Origin: the human T2T-CHM13v2.0 reference genome, Homo sapiens
Length of the DNA stretch: 64,000 bases
Strand: one strand, 5' to 3'
Assembly: GCF_009914755.1 (NCBI RefSeq)
Contig: NC_060925.1
This document shows, in pieces, positions 44,201 to 59,500 of the stretch. Position numbers and translations under genes: made by a program. The first letter of the stretch is position 1. Every line of letters starts with the position of its first letter. The notes under the pieces are model-generated. The model ran no database searches and was not told where the DNA came from. It saw nothing but the letters and a program-made list of their open reading frames with translations.

Positions 44201-47200
44201 CGAATGCAATCGAATGGAATTATCGAATGCAATCGAATAGAATCATCGAATGGACTCGAATGGAATCATCGAATGGAATGGAATGGAACAGTCAATGAAC
44301 TCGAATGGAATCATCATTGAATGGAATCGAATGGAATCATCGAGTGGAATCGAATGGAATTATGATCAAATGGAATCGAATGTAATCATCATCAAATGGA
44401 ATCAAAAATAACCATCATCAATTGGTATTGAATGGAATTGTCATCAAATGGAATTCAAAGGAAACATCATCAAATGGAACCGAATGGAATCCTCATTGAA
44501 TGGAAATGAAAGGGGTCATCATCTAATGGAATCGCATGGAATCATCATCAAATGGAATCGAATGGAATCATCATCAAATGGAATCTAATGGAATCATTGA
44601 ACAGAATTGAATGGAATCGTCATCGAATGAATTGAATGCAATCATCGAATGGTCTCGAATGGAACCATCTTCTAATGGAAAGGAATGGAATCATCGCATA
44701 GAATCGAATGGAATTATCATCGAATGGAATCGAATGGTATCAACACCAAACGGAAAAAAACGGAATTATCGAATGGAATCGAAGAGAATCTTCGAACGGA
44801 CCCGAATGGAATCATCTAATGGAATGGAATGGAATAATCCATGGACTCGAATGCAATCATCATCGAATGGAATCGAATGGAATAATCGAATGGACTCGAA
44901 TGGAATAATCATTGAACGGAATCGAATGGAATCATCATCGGATGGAAACGAATGGAATCATCATCGAATGGAAATGAAAGGAGTCATCATCTAATGGAAT
45001 TGCATGGAATCATCATAAAATGGAATCGAATGGAATCAACATCAAATGGAATCAAATGGAATCATTGAACGGAATTGAATGGAATCGTCATCGAATGAAT
45101 TGAATGCAATCATCGAATGGTCTCGAATGGAATCATCTTCAAATGGAATGGAATGGAATCATCGCATAGAATTGAATGAAATTATCATCGAATGGAATCG
45201 AATGGAATCAACATCAAACGGAAAAAAACGGAATTATCGAATGGAATCGAAGAGAATCATCGAATGGACCCGAATGGAATCATCTAATGGAATGGAATGG
45301 AATAATCTATGGACTCGAATGCAATCATCATCGAATGGAATCGAATGGAATCATCGAATGGACTCGAATGGAATAATCATTGAACGGAATCGAATGGAAT
45401 CATTATCGGATGGAAATGAAAGGAGTCATCATCTAATGGAATTGCATGGAATCATCATAAAATGGAATCGAATGGAATCAACATCAAATGGAATCAAATG
45501 GAATCATTGAACGGAATTGAATGGAATCGTCATCGAATGAATTGAATGCAATCATCGAATGGTCTCGAATGGAATCATCTTCAAATGGAATGGAATGGAA
45601 TCATCGCATAGAATCGAATGGAATTATCATCGAATGGAATCGAATGGAATCAACATCAAACGGAAAAAAACGGAATTATCGAATGGAATCGAAGAGAATC
45701 ATCGAATGGACCCGAATGGAATCATCTAATGGAATGGAATGGAATAATCCATGGACTCGAATGCAATCATCATCGAATGGAATCAAATGGAATTATCGAA
45801 TGGACTCGAATGGAATAATCATTGAACGGAATCGAATGGAATCATCATCGGATGGAAATGAATGGAATCATCATCGAATGGAATCGAATAGAATTATGGA
45901 ATGAAATCCAGTGTGATCATCATCGAATGGACCCGAATGGAATCATCATCCAACGGATGCTAATGGAATCAACATCGAATGAATCAAATGGAAACACCAT
46001 CGAATTGAAACGAATGGAATTACCATGAAATTGAAATGGATGGACTCATCATCGAATGGATTCGAAAGGAATCATCGAATAAAATTGATTGAAATCATCA
46101 TCAAATGGAATCGAATGGTATCATTGAATGGAATCGAATGGAATCATCATCAGATGGAAATGAATGGAATCGTCATAGAATGGAATCGAATGGATTCATT
46201 GAATGGAATCAGATGGAATCATCGAATGGACTGGAATGGAATCATTGAATGGACTCGAAAGAGATCATGATTGAATGGAATTGAATGGAATCATCGAATG
46301 GTCTCGATTGGAATCATTATCAAATGGAATCGAATGGAATCACCGAATAGAATCGAATGGAACAATCATCGAATGGACTCAAATGGAATTATCCTCCAAT
46401 GGAATCGAATGGAATTATCGAATGAAATCGAATGGAATTATCGAATGCAATCGAATAGAATCATCGAATGGACTCGAATGGAATCATCGAATGGAATGGA
46501 ATGGAACAGTCAATGAACTCGAATGGAATCATCATTGAATGGAATCGAATGGAATCATCGAGTGGAATCGAATGGAATTATGATCAAATGGAATCGAATG
46601 TAATCATCATCAAATGGAATCAAAAATAACCATCATCAATTGGTATTGAATGGAATTGTCATCAAATGGAATTCAAAGGAAACATCATCAAATGGAACCG
46701 AATGGAATCCTCATTGAATGGAAATGAAAGGGGTCATCATCTAATGGAATCGCATGGAATCATCATCAAATGGAATCGAATGGAATCATCATGAAATGGA
46801 ATCTAATGGAATCATTGAACAGAATTGAATGGAATCGTCATCGAATGAATTGAATGCAATCATCGAATGGTCTCGAATGGAACCATCTTCTAATGGAAAG
46901 GAATGGAATCATCGCATAGAATCGAATGGAATTATCATCGAATGGAATCGAATGGTATCAACACCAAACGGAAAAAAACGGAATTATCGAATGGAATCGA
47001 AGAGAATCTTCGAACGGACCCGAATGGAATCATCTAATGGAATGGAATGGAATAATCCATGGACTCGAATGCAATGATCATCGAATGGAATCGAATGGAA
47101 TCATCGAATGGACTCGAATGAAATAATCATTGAACGGAATCGAATGGAATCATCATCGGATGGAAACGAATGGAATCATCATCGAATGGAAATGAAAGGA

Positions 47201-49488
47201 GTCATCATCTAATGGAATTGCATGGAATCATCATAAAATGGAATCGAATGGAATCAACATCAAATGGAATCAAATGGAATCATTGAACGGAATTGAATGG
47301 AATCGTCATCGAATGAATTGAATGCAATCATCGAATGGTCTCGAATGGAATCATCTTCAAATGGAATGGAATGGAATCATCGCATAGAATCGAATGGAAT
47401 TATCATCGAATGGAATCGAATGGAATCAACATCAAACGGAAAAAAACGGAATTATCGAATGGAATCGAAGAGAATCATCGAATGGACCCGAATGGAATCA
47501 TCTAATGGAATGGAATGGAATAATCCATGGACTCGAATGCAATCATCATCGAATGGAATCGAATGGAATCATCGAATGGACTCGAATGGAATAATCATTG
47601 AACAGAATCGAATGGAATCATCATCGGATGGAAATGGAAGGAGTCATCATCTAATGGAATTGCATGGAATCATCATAAAATGGAATCGAGTGGAATCAAC
47701 ATCAAATGGAATCAAATGGAATCATTGAACGGAATTGAATGGAATCGTCATCGAATGAATTGAATGCAATCATCGAATGGTCTTGAATGGAATCACCTTC
47801 AAATGGAATGGAATGGAATCATCGCATAGAATCGAATGGAATTATCATCGAATGGAATCGAATGGAATCAACATCAAACGGAAAAAAACGGAATTATCGA
47901 ATGGAATCGAAGAGAATCATCGAATGGACCCGAATGGAATCATCTAATGGAATGGAATGGAATAATCCATGGACTCGAATGCAATCATCATCGAATGGAA
48001 TCGAATGGAATCATCCAATGGACTCGAATGGAATAATCATTGAACGGAATCGAATGGAATCATCATCGGATGGAAATGAATGGAATCATCATCGAATGGA
48101 ATCGAATAGAATTATGGAATGAAATCCAGTGTGATCATCATCGAATGGACCCGAATGGAATCATCATCCAACGGATGCTAATGGAATCAACATCGAATGA
48201 ATCAAATGGAAACACCATCGAATTGAAACGAATGGAATTACCATGAAATTGAAATGGATGGACTCATCATCGAATGGATTTGAAAGGAATCATCGAATAA
48301 AATTGATTGAAATCATCATCGAATGGAATCGAATGGTATCATTGAATGGAATCGAATGGAATCATCATCAGATGGAAATGAATGGAATCGTCATAGAATG
48401 GAATCGAATGGATTCATTGAATGGAATCAGATGGAATCATCGAATGGACTGGAATGGAATCATTGAATGGACTCGAAAGAGATCATGATTGAATGGAATT
48501 GAATGGAATCATCGAATGGTCTCGATTGGAATCATTATCAAATGGAATCGAATGGAATCACCGAATAGAATCGAATGGAACAATCATCGAATGGACTCAA
48601 ATGGAATTATCCTCCAATGGAATCGAATGGAATTATCGAATGCAATCGAATGGAATTATCGAATGCAAACGAATAGAATCATCGAATGGACTCGAATGGA
48701 ATCATCGAATGGAATGGAATGGAACAGTCAATGAACTCGAATGGAATCATCATTGAATGGAATCGAATGGAATCATCGAGTGGAATCGAATGGAATTATG
48801 ATCAAATGGAATCGAATGTAATCATCATCAAATGGAATCAAAAATAACCATCATCAATTGGTATTGAATGGAATTGTCATCAAATGGAATTCAAAGGAAA
48901 CATCATCAAATGGAACCGAATGGAATCCTCATTGAATGGAAATGAAAGGGGTCATCATCTAATGGAATCGCATGGAATCATCATCAAATGGAATCGAATG
49001 GAATCATCATGAAATGGAATCTAATGGAATCATTGAACAGAATTGAATGGAATCGTCATCGAATGAATTGAATGCAATCATCGAATGGTCTCGAATGGAA
49101 CCATCTTCTAATGGAAAGGAATGGAATCATCGCATAGAATCGAATGGAATTATCATCGAATGGAATCGAATGGTATCAACACCAAACGGAAAAAAACGGA
49201 ATTATCGAATGGAATCGAAGAGAATCTTCGAACGGACCCGAATGGAATCATCTAATGGAATGGAATGGAATAATCCATGGACTCGAATGCAATCATCATC
49301 GAATGGAATCGAATGGAATCATCGAATGGACTCGAATGGAATAATCATTGAACGGAATCGAATGGAATCATCATCGGATGGAAATGAAAGGAGTCATCAT
49401 CTAATGGAATTGCATGGAATCATCATAAAATGGAATCGAATGGAATCAACATCAAATGGAATCAAATGGAATCATTGAACGGAATTGA

Positions 49489-50598
49489 ATGGAATCGTCA
49501 TCGAATGAATTGAATGCAATCATCGAATGGTCTCGAATGGAATCATCTTCTAATGGAAAGGAATGGAATCATCGCATAGAATCGAATGGAATTATCATCG
49601 AATGGAATCGAATGGTATCAACATCAAAGGGAAAAAAACGGAATTATGGAATGGAATCGAAGAGAATCGTCGAACGGACCCGAATGGAATCATCTAATGG
49701 AATGGAATGGAATAATCCATGGACTCGAATGCAATCATCATCGAATGGAATCGAATGGAATCATCGAATGGACTCGAATGGAATAATAATTGAACGGAAT
49801 CGAATGGAATCATCTTCGGATGGAAACGAATGGAATCATCATCGAATGGAAATGATAGGAATCATCATCTAATGGAATTGCATGGAATCATCATAAAATG
49901 GAATCGAATGGAATCATCATCAGATGGAAATGAATGGAATCGTCATAGAATGGAATCGAATGGATTCATTGAATGGAATCAGATGGAATCATCCAATGGA
50001 CTGGAATGGAATCATTTAATGGACTCGAAAGGGATAATTATTGAATGGAATTGAATGGAATCATCGAATGGTCTCGATTGGAATCATTATCAAATGGAAT
50101 CGAATGGAATCACCGAATAGAATCGAATGGAACAATCATCGAATGGACTCAAATGGAATTATCCTCAAATGGAATCGAATGGAATTATCGAATGCAATCG
50201 AATGGAATTATCGAATGCAATCGAATAGAATCATCGAATGGACTCGAATGGAATCATCGAATGGAATGGAATGGAACAGTCAATGAACTCGAATGGAATC
50301 ATCATTTAATGGAATCGAATGGAATCATCGAGTGGAATCAAATGGAATTATGATCAAATGGAATCGAATGTAATCATCATCAAATGGAATCAAAAATAAA
50401 CATCATCAATTGGTATTGAATGGAATTGTCACCAAATGGAATTCAAAGGAAACATCATCAAATGGAACCGAATGGAATCCTCATTGAATGGAAATGAAAG
50501 GGGTCATCATCTAATGGAATCGCATGGAATCATCATCAAATGGAATCGAATGGAATCATCATCAAGTGGAATCTGATGGAATCATTGAACAGAATTGA
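49489..50598. repeat. Rearranged 1110-bp B/L fusion block (666-bp deletion) at the domain boundary
   Basis: A B-type head and partial tail jump at 49897-49916 (AATGGAATCGAATGGAATCA) into the middle of L (TCATCAGATGGAAATG). The CCAGTGTG and AAAATTGATTG landmarks are missing. 468+1308-666=1110. Confidence 0.88.
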
Positions 50599-53500
50599 AT
50601 GGAATCGTCATCGAATGAATTGAATGCAATCATCGAATGGTCTCGAATGGAATCATCTTCTAATGGAAAGGAATGGAATCATCGCATAGAATGGAATGGA
50701 ATTATCATCGAATGGAATCGAATGGTATCTACAGCAAACGGAAAAAAACGGAATTTTCGAATGGAATCGAAGGGAATCTTCGAACGGACCCGAATGGAAT
50801 CATCTAATGGAATGGAATGGAATAATCCATGGACTGGAAGGCAATCATCATCGAATGGAATCGAATGGAATCATCGAATGGACTCGAATGGAATAATCAT
50901 TGAACGGAATCGAATGGAATCATCTTCGGATGGAAACGAATGGAATCATCATCGAATGGAAATGAAAGGAGTCATCATCTAATGGAATTGCATGGAATCA
51001 TCATAAAATGGAATCGAATGGAATCAACATCAAATGGAATCAAATGGAATCATTGAACGGAATTGAATGGAATCGTCATCGAATGAATTGAATACAATCA
51101 TCGAATGGTCTCGTATGGAATCATCTTCAAATGGAATGGAATGGAATCATCGCATAGAATCGAATGGAATTATCATCGAATGGAATCGAATGGAATCAAC
51201 ATCAAACGGAAAAAAACGGAATTATCGAATGGAATCGAAGAGAATCATCGAATGGACCTGAATGGAATCATCTAATGGAATGGAATGGAATAATCCATGG
51301 ACTCGAATGCAATCATCATCGAATGGAATCGAATGGAATCATCGAATGGACTCGAATGGAATAATCATTGAACGGAATCGAATGGAATCATCATCGGATG
51401 GAAATGAATGGAATCATCATCGAATGGAATCTAATAGAATTATGGAATGAAATCCAGTGTGATCATCATCGAATGGACCCGAATGGAATCATCATCCAAC
51501 GGAAGCTAATGGAATCAACATCGAATGAATCGAATGGAAACACCATCGAATTGAAACGAATGGAAGTATCATGAAATTGAAATGGATGGACTCATCATCG
51601 AATGGATTCGAATGGAATCATCGAATAAAATTGATTGAAATCATCATCGAATGGAATCGAGTGGTATCATTGAATGGAATCGAATGGAATCATCATCAGA
51701 TGGAAATGAATGTAATCGTCATAGAATGGAATCGAATGGATTCATTGAATGGAATCAGATGGAATCATCGAATGGACTGGAATGGAATCATTGAATGGAC
51801 TCGAAAGGGATCATGATTGAATGGAATTGAATGGAATCATCGAATGGTCTCGATTGGAATCATTATCAAATGGAATCGAATGGAATCACCGAATAGAATC
51901 GAATGGAACAATCATCGAATGGACTCAAATGGAATTATCCTCCAATGGAATCGAATGGAATTATCGAATGCAATCGAATTGAATTATCGAATGCAATCGA
52001 ATAGAATCATCGAATGGACTCGAATGGAATCATCGAATGGAATGGAATGGAACAGTCAATGAACTCGAATGGAATCATCATTGAATGGAATCGAATGGAA
52101 TCATCGAGTGGAATCGAATGGAATTATGATCAAATGGAATCGAATGTAATCATCATCAAATGGAATCAAAAATAACCATCATCAATTGGTATTGAATGGA
52201 ATTGTCATCAAATGGAATTCAAAGGAATCATCATCAAATGGAACCGAATGGAATCCTCATTGAATGGAAATGAAAGGGGTCATCATCTAATGGAATCGCA
52301 TGGAATCATCATCAAATGGAATCGAATGGAATCATCATCAAATGGAATCTAATGGAATCATTGAAAATAATTGAATGGAATCGTCATCGAGTGAATTGAA
52401 TGCAATCATCGAATGGTCTCGAATGGAATCATCATCTAATGGAAAGGAATGGAATCATCGCATAGAATCGAATGGAATTATCATCGAATGGAATCGAATG
52501 GTATCAACACCAAACGGAAAAAAACGGAATTTTCGAATGGAATCGAAGAGAATCTTCGAACGGACCCGAATGGAATCATCTAATGGAATGGAATGGAATA
52601 ATCCATGGACTGGAAGGCAATCATCATCGAATGGAATCGAATGGAATCATCGAATGGACTCGAATGGAATAATCATTGAACGGAATCCAATGGAATCATC
52701 ATCGGATGGAAACGAATGGAATCATCATCGAATGGAAATGAAAGGAGTCAACATCTAATGGAATTGCATGGAATCATCATAAAATGGAATCGAATGGAAT
52801 CAACATCAAATGGAATCAAATGTAATCATTGAACAGAATTGAATGGAATCGTCATCGAATGAATTGAATGCAATCATCGAATGGTCTCGAATGGAATCAT
52901 CTTCAAATGGAATGGAATGGAATCATCGCATAGAATCGAATGGAATTATCATCGAATGGAATCGAATGGAATCAACATCAAACGGAAAAAAACGGAATTA
53001 TCGAATGGAATCGAAGAGAATCATCGAATGGACCCGAATGGAATCATCTAATGGAATGGAATGGGATAATCCATGGACACGAATGCAATCATCATCGAAT
53101 GGAATCGAATGGAATCATCGAATGGACTCGAATGGAATAATCATTGAACGGAATCGAATGGAATCATCATCGGATGGAAATGAATGGAATCATCATCGAA
53201 TGGAATCGAATAGAATTATGGAATGAAATCCAGTGTGATCATCATCGAATGGACCCGAATGGAATCATCATCCAACGGAAGCTAATGGAATCAACATCGA
53301 ATGAATCGAATGGAAACACCATCGAATTGAAACGAATGGAATTACCATGAAATTGAAATGGATGGACTCATCATCGAATGGATTCGAATGGAATCATCGA
53401 ATAAAATTGATTGAAATCATCATCGAATGGAATCGAATGGTATCATTGAATGGAATCGAATGGAATCATCATCAGATGGAAATGAATGGAATCGTCATAG

Positions 53501-56500
53501 AATGGAATCGAATGGATTCATTGAATGGAATCAGATGGAATCATCGAATGGACTGGAATGGAATCATTGAATGGACTCGAAAGAGATCATTATTGAATGG
53601 AATTGAATGGAATCATCGAATGGTCTCGATTGGAATCATTATCAAATGGAATCGAATGGAATCACCGAATAGAATCGAATGGAACAATCATCGAATGGAC
53701 TCAAATGGAATTATCCTCCAATGGAATCGAATGGAATTATCGAATGCAATCGAATGGAATTATCGAATGCAATCGAATAGAATCATCGAATGGACTCGAA
53801 TGGAATCATCGAATGGAATGGAATGGAACAGTCAATGAACTCGAATGGAATCATCATTGAATGGAATCGAATGGAATCATCGAGTGGAATCGAATGGAAT
53901 TATGATCAAATGGAATCGAATGTAATCATCATCAAATGGAATCAAAAATAACCATCATCAATTGGTATTGAATGGAATTGTCATCAAATGGAATTCAAAG
54001 GAATCATCATCAAATGGAACTGAATGGAATCCTCATTGAATGGAAAGGAAAGGGGTCATCATCTAATGGAATCGCATGGAATCATCATCAAATGGAATCG
54101 AATGGAATCATCATCAAATGGAATCTAATGGAATCATTGAACAGAATTGAATGGAATCGTCATCGAATGAATTGAATGCAATCATCGAATGGTCTCGAAT
54201 GGAATCATCTTCTAATGGAAAGGAATGGAATTATCGCATAGAATCGAATGGAATTAACATCCAATGGACTCGAATGGAATCAACATCAAACGGAATCAAG
54301 CGGAATTATCGAATGGAATCGAAGAGAATCATAGAATGGACTCGAATGGAATCATCTAATGGAATGGAATGGAATAATCCACGGACCCGAATGCAATCAT
54401 CATCGAACGGAATCGAATGGAATCATCGAATGGACTCGAATGGAATAATCATTGAACGGAATCGAATGGAATCATCATCGGATGGAAACGAATGGAATCA
54501 TCATCGAATGGAAATGAAAGGAGTCATCATCTAATGGAATTGCATGGAATCATCATAAAATGGAATCGAATGGAATCAACATCAAATGGAATCAAATGGA
54601 ATCATTGAACGGAATTGAATGGAATCGTCATCGAATGAATTGAATGCAATCATCGAATGGTCTCGAATGGAATCATCTTCAAATGGAATGGAATGGAATC
54701 ATCGCATAGAATCGAATGGAATTATCATCGAATGGAATCGAATGGAATCAACATCAAACGGAAAAAAACGGAATTATCGTATGGAATCGAAGAGAATCAT
54801 CGAATGGACCCGAATGGAATCATCTAATGGAATGGAATGGAATAATCCATGGACTCGAATGCAATCATCATCGAATGGAATCGAATGGAATCATCGAATG
54901 GACTCGAATGGAATAATCATTGAACGGAATTGAATGGAATCATCATCGGATGGAAATGAATGGAATCATCATCGAATGGAATCGAATAGAATTATGGAAT
55001 GAAATCCAGTGTGATCATCATCGAATGGACCCGAATGGAATCATCATCCAACGAAAGCTAATGGAAAAAACATCGAATGAATCGAATGGAAACACCATCG
55101 AATTGAAACGAATGGAATTATCATGAAATTGAAACGGATGGACTCATCATCGGATGGATTCGAATGGAATCATCGAATAAAATTGATTGAAATCATCATC
55201 AAATGGAATCGAATGGTATCATTGAATGGAATCGAATGGAATCATCATCAGATGGAAATGAATGGAATCGTCATAGAATGGAATCGAATGGATTCATTGA
55301 ATGGAATCAGATGGAATCATCGAATGGACTGGAATGGAATCATTGAATGGACTCGAAAGGGATCATTATTGAATGGAATTGAATGGAATCATCGAATGGT
55401 CTCGATTGGAATCATTATCAAATGGAATCGAATGGAATCACCGCATAGAATCGAATGGAACAATCATCGAATGGACTCAAATGGAATTATCCTCAAATGG
55501 AATCGAATGGAATTATTGAATGCAATCGAATGGAATTATCGAATGCAATCGAATAGAATCATCGAATGGACTCGAATGGAATCATCGAATGGAATGGAAT
55601 GGAACAGTCAATGAACTCGAATGGAATCATCATTGAATGGAATCGAATGGAATCATCGAGTGGAATCGAATGGAATTATGTTCAAATGGAATCGAATGTA
55701 ATCATCATCAAATGGAATCAAAAATAACCATCATCAATTGGTATTGAATGGAATTGTCATCAAATGGAAATCAAAGGAATCATCATCAAATGGAACCGAA
55801 TGGAATCCTCATTGAATGGAAATGAAAGGAGTAATCATCTAATGGAATCCCATGGAATCATCATCAAATGGAATCGAATGGAATCATCATCAAATGGAAT
55901 CTGATGGAATCATTGAACAAAATTGAATGGAATCGTCATCGAATGAATTGAATGCAATCATCGAATGGTCTCGAATGGAATCATCTTCTAATGGAAAGGA
56001 ATGGAATCATCGCTTAGAATCGAATGGAATTAACATTGAATGGACTCGAATGGAATCAACATCAAACGGAATCAAGCGGAATTATCGAATGGAATCGAAG
56101 AGAATCATCGACTGGACTCGAATGGAATAATCTAATGGAATTGAATGGAATAATCCACGGACTCGAATGCAATCATCATCGTGTAGAATCGAATGGAATC
56201 ATCGAATGGACTCGAATGGAATAATCATTGAACGGAATCGAATGGAATCATCATCGGATGGAAACGAATGGAATCATCATCGAATGGAAATGAAAGGAGT
56301 CATCATCTAATGGAATTGCATGGAATCATCATAAAATGGAATCGAATGGAATCAACATCAAATGGAATCAAATGGAATCATTGAACGGAATTGAATGGAA
56401 TCGTTATCGAATGAATTGAATGCAATCATCGAATGGTCTCGAATGGAATCATCTTCAAATGGAATGGAATGGAATCATCGCATAGAATCGAATGGAATTA

Positions 56501-59500
56501 TCATCGAATGGAATCGAATGGAATCAAGATCAAACGGAAAAAAACGGAATTATCGAATGGAATCGAAGAGAATCATCGAATGGACCCGAATGGAATCATC
56601 TAATGGAATGGAATGGAATAATCCATGGACTCGAATGCAACCATCATCGAATGGAATCGAATGGAATCATCGAATGGACTCGAATGGAATAATCATTGAA
56701 CGGAATTGAATGGAATCATCATCGGATGGAAATGAATGGAATCATCATCGAATGGAATCGAATAGGATTATGGAATGAAATCCAGTGTGATCATCATCGA
56801 ATGGACCCGAATGGAATCATCATCCAACGGAAGCTAATGGAATCAACATCGAATGAATCGAATGGAAACACCATCGAATTGAAACTAATGGAATTATCAT
56901 GAAATTGAAATGGATGGACTCATCATCGAATGGATTCGAATGGAATCATCGAATAAAATTGATTGAAATCATCATCGAATGGAATCGAATGGTATCATTG
57001 AATGGAATCGAATGGAATCATCATCAGATGGAAATGAATGGAATCGTCATAGAATGGAATCGAATGGATTCATTGAATGGAATCAGATGGAATCATCGAA
57101 TGGACTGGAATGGAATCATTGAATGGACTCGAAAGGGATCATTATTGAATGGAATTGAATGTAATCATCGAATGGTCTCGATTGGAATCATTATCAAATG
57201 GAATCGAATGGAATCACCGAATAGAATCGAATGGAACAATCATCGAATGGACTCAAATGGAATTATCCTCAAATGGAATCGAATGGAATTATCGAATGCA
57301 ATCGAATGGAATTATCGAATGCAATCGAATAGAATCATCGAATGGACTCGAATGGAATCATCGAATGGAATGGAATGGAACAGTCAATGAACTCGAATGG
57401 AATCATCATTGAATGGAATCGAATGGAATCATCGAGTGGAATCGAATGGAATTATGATCAAATGGAATCGAATGTAGTCATCATCAAATGGAATCAAAAA
57501 TAACCATCATCAATTGGTATTGAATGGAATTGTCATCAAATGGAATTCAAAGGAATCATCAACAAATGGAACCGAATGGAATCCTCATTGAATGGAAATG
57601 AAAGGGGTCATCATCTAATGGAATCGCATGGAATCATCATCAAATGGAATCGAATGGAATCATCATCAAATGGAATCTAATGGAATCATTGAACAGAATT
57701 GAATGGAATCGTCATCGAATGAATTGAATGCAATCATCGAATGGTCTCGAATGGAATCATCTTCTAATGGAAAGGAATGGAATCATCGCATAGAATCGAA
57801 TGGAATTATCATCGAATGGAATCGAATGGTATCAACACCAAACGGAAAAAAACGGAATTTTCGAATGGAATCGAAGAGAATCTTCGAACGGACCCGAATG
57901 GAATCATCTAATGGAATGGAATGGAATAATCCATGGACTCGAATGCAATCATCATCGAATGGAATCGAATGGAGTCATCGAATGGACTCGAATGGAATAA
58001 TCATTGAACGGAATCGAATGGAATCATCATCGGATGTAAACGAATGGAATCATCATTGAATGGAAATGAAAGGAGTCATCATCTAATGGAATTGCATGGA
58101 ATCATCATAAAATGGAATCGAATGGAATCAACATCAAATGGAATCAAATGGAATCATTGAACGGAATTGAATGGAATCGTCATCGAATGAATTGTATGCA
58201 ATCATCGAATGGTCTGGAATGGAATCATCTTCAAATGGAATGGAATGGAATCATCGCATAGAATCGAATGGAATTATCATCGAATGGAATCGAATGGAAT
58301 CAACATCAAACGGAAAAAAACGGAATTATCGAATGGAATCGAAGAGAATCATCGAATGGACCCGAATGGAATCATCTAATGGAATGGAATGGAATAATCC
58401 ATGGACTCGAATGCAATCATCATCGAATGGAATCGAATGGAATCATCGAATGGACTCGAATGGAATAATCATTGAACGGAATCGAATGGAATCATCATCG
58501 GATGGAAATGAATGGAATCATCATCGAATGGAATCGAATAGGATTATGGAATGAAATCCAGTGTGATCATCATCGAATGGACCCGAATGGAATCATCATC
58601 CAACGGAAGCTAATGGAATCAACATCGAATGAATCGAATGGAAACACCATCGAATTGAAACTAATGGAATTATCATGAAATTGAAATGGATGGACTCATC
58701 ATCGGATGGATTCGAATGGAATCATCGAATAAAATTGATTGAAATCATCATCAAATGGAATCGAATGGTATCATTGAATGGAAACGAATGGAATCATCAT
58801 CAGATGGAAATGAATGGAATCGTCATAGAATGGAATCGAATGGATTCATTGAATGGAATCAGATGGAATCATCGAATGGACTGGAATGGAATCATTGAAT
58901 GGACTCGAAAGGGATCATGATTGAATGGAATTGAATGGAATCACCGAATGGTCTCGATTGGAATCATTATCAAATGGAATCGAATGGAATCACCGAATAG
59001 AATGGAATGGAACAATCATCGAATGGACTCTAATGGAATTATCCTCAAATGGAATCGAATGGAATTATCGAATGCAATCGAATGGAATTATCGAATGCAA
59101 TCGGATAGAATCATCGAATGGACTCGAATGGAATCATCGAATGGAATGGAATGGAACAGTCAATGAACTCGAATGGAATCATCATTGAATGGAATCCAAT
59201 GGAATCATCGAGTGGAATCGAATGGAATTATGATCAAATGGAATCGAATGTAATCATCATCAAATGGAATCCAAAATAACCATCATCAATTGGTATTGAA
59301 TGGAATTGTCATCAAATGGAATTCAAAGGAATCATCATCAAATGGAACCGAATGGAATCCTCATTGAATGGAAATGAAAGGTGTCATCATCTAATGGAAT
59401 CCCATGGAATCATCATCAAATGGAATCGAATGGAATCATCATCAAATGGAATCGAATAGAATCATTGAACAGAATTGAATGGAATCGTCATCGAATGAAT

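Larger units (their letters stand above)
1..49488. repeat. Left homogeneous sub-array: 25 near-identical units of 2218, 1776 or 1750 bp
   Basis: Unit starts: 19, 2237, 4455, 6673, 8449, 10199, 12417, 14635, 16411, 18629, 20847, 22623, 24373, 26123, 28341, 30117, 31867, 33617, 35367, 37585, 39335, 41085, 43303, 45521, 47739. 12x2218 + 4x1776 + 9x1750 = 49470 bp. Shared alleles CCAACGGATGCTA, GGAACCATCTTCT and ATGAATCAAATGGAAAC. Confidence 0.93.
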
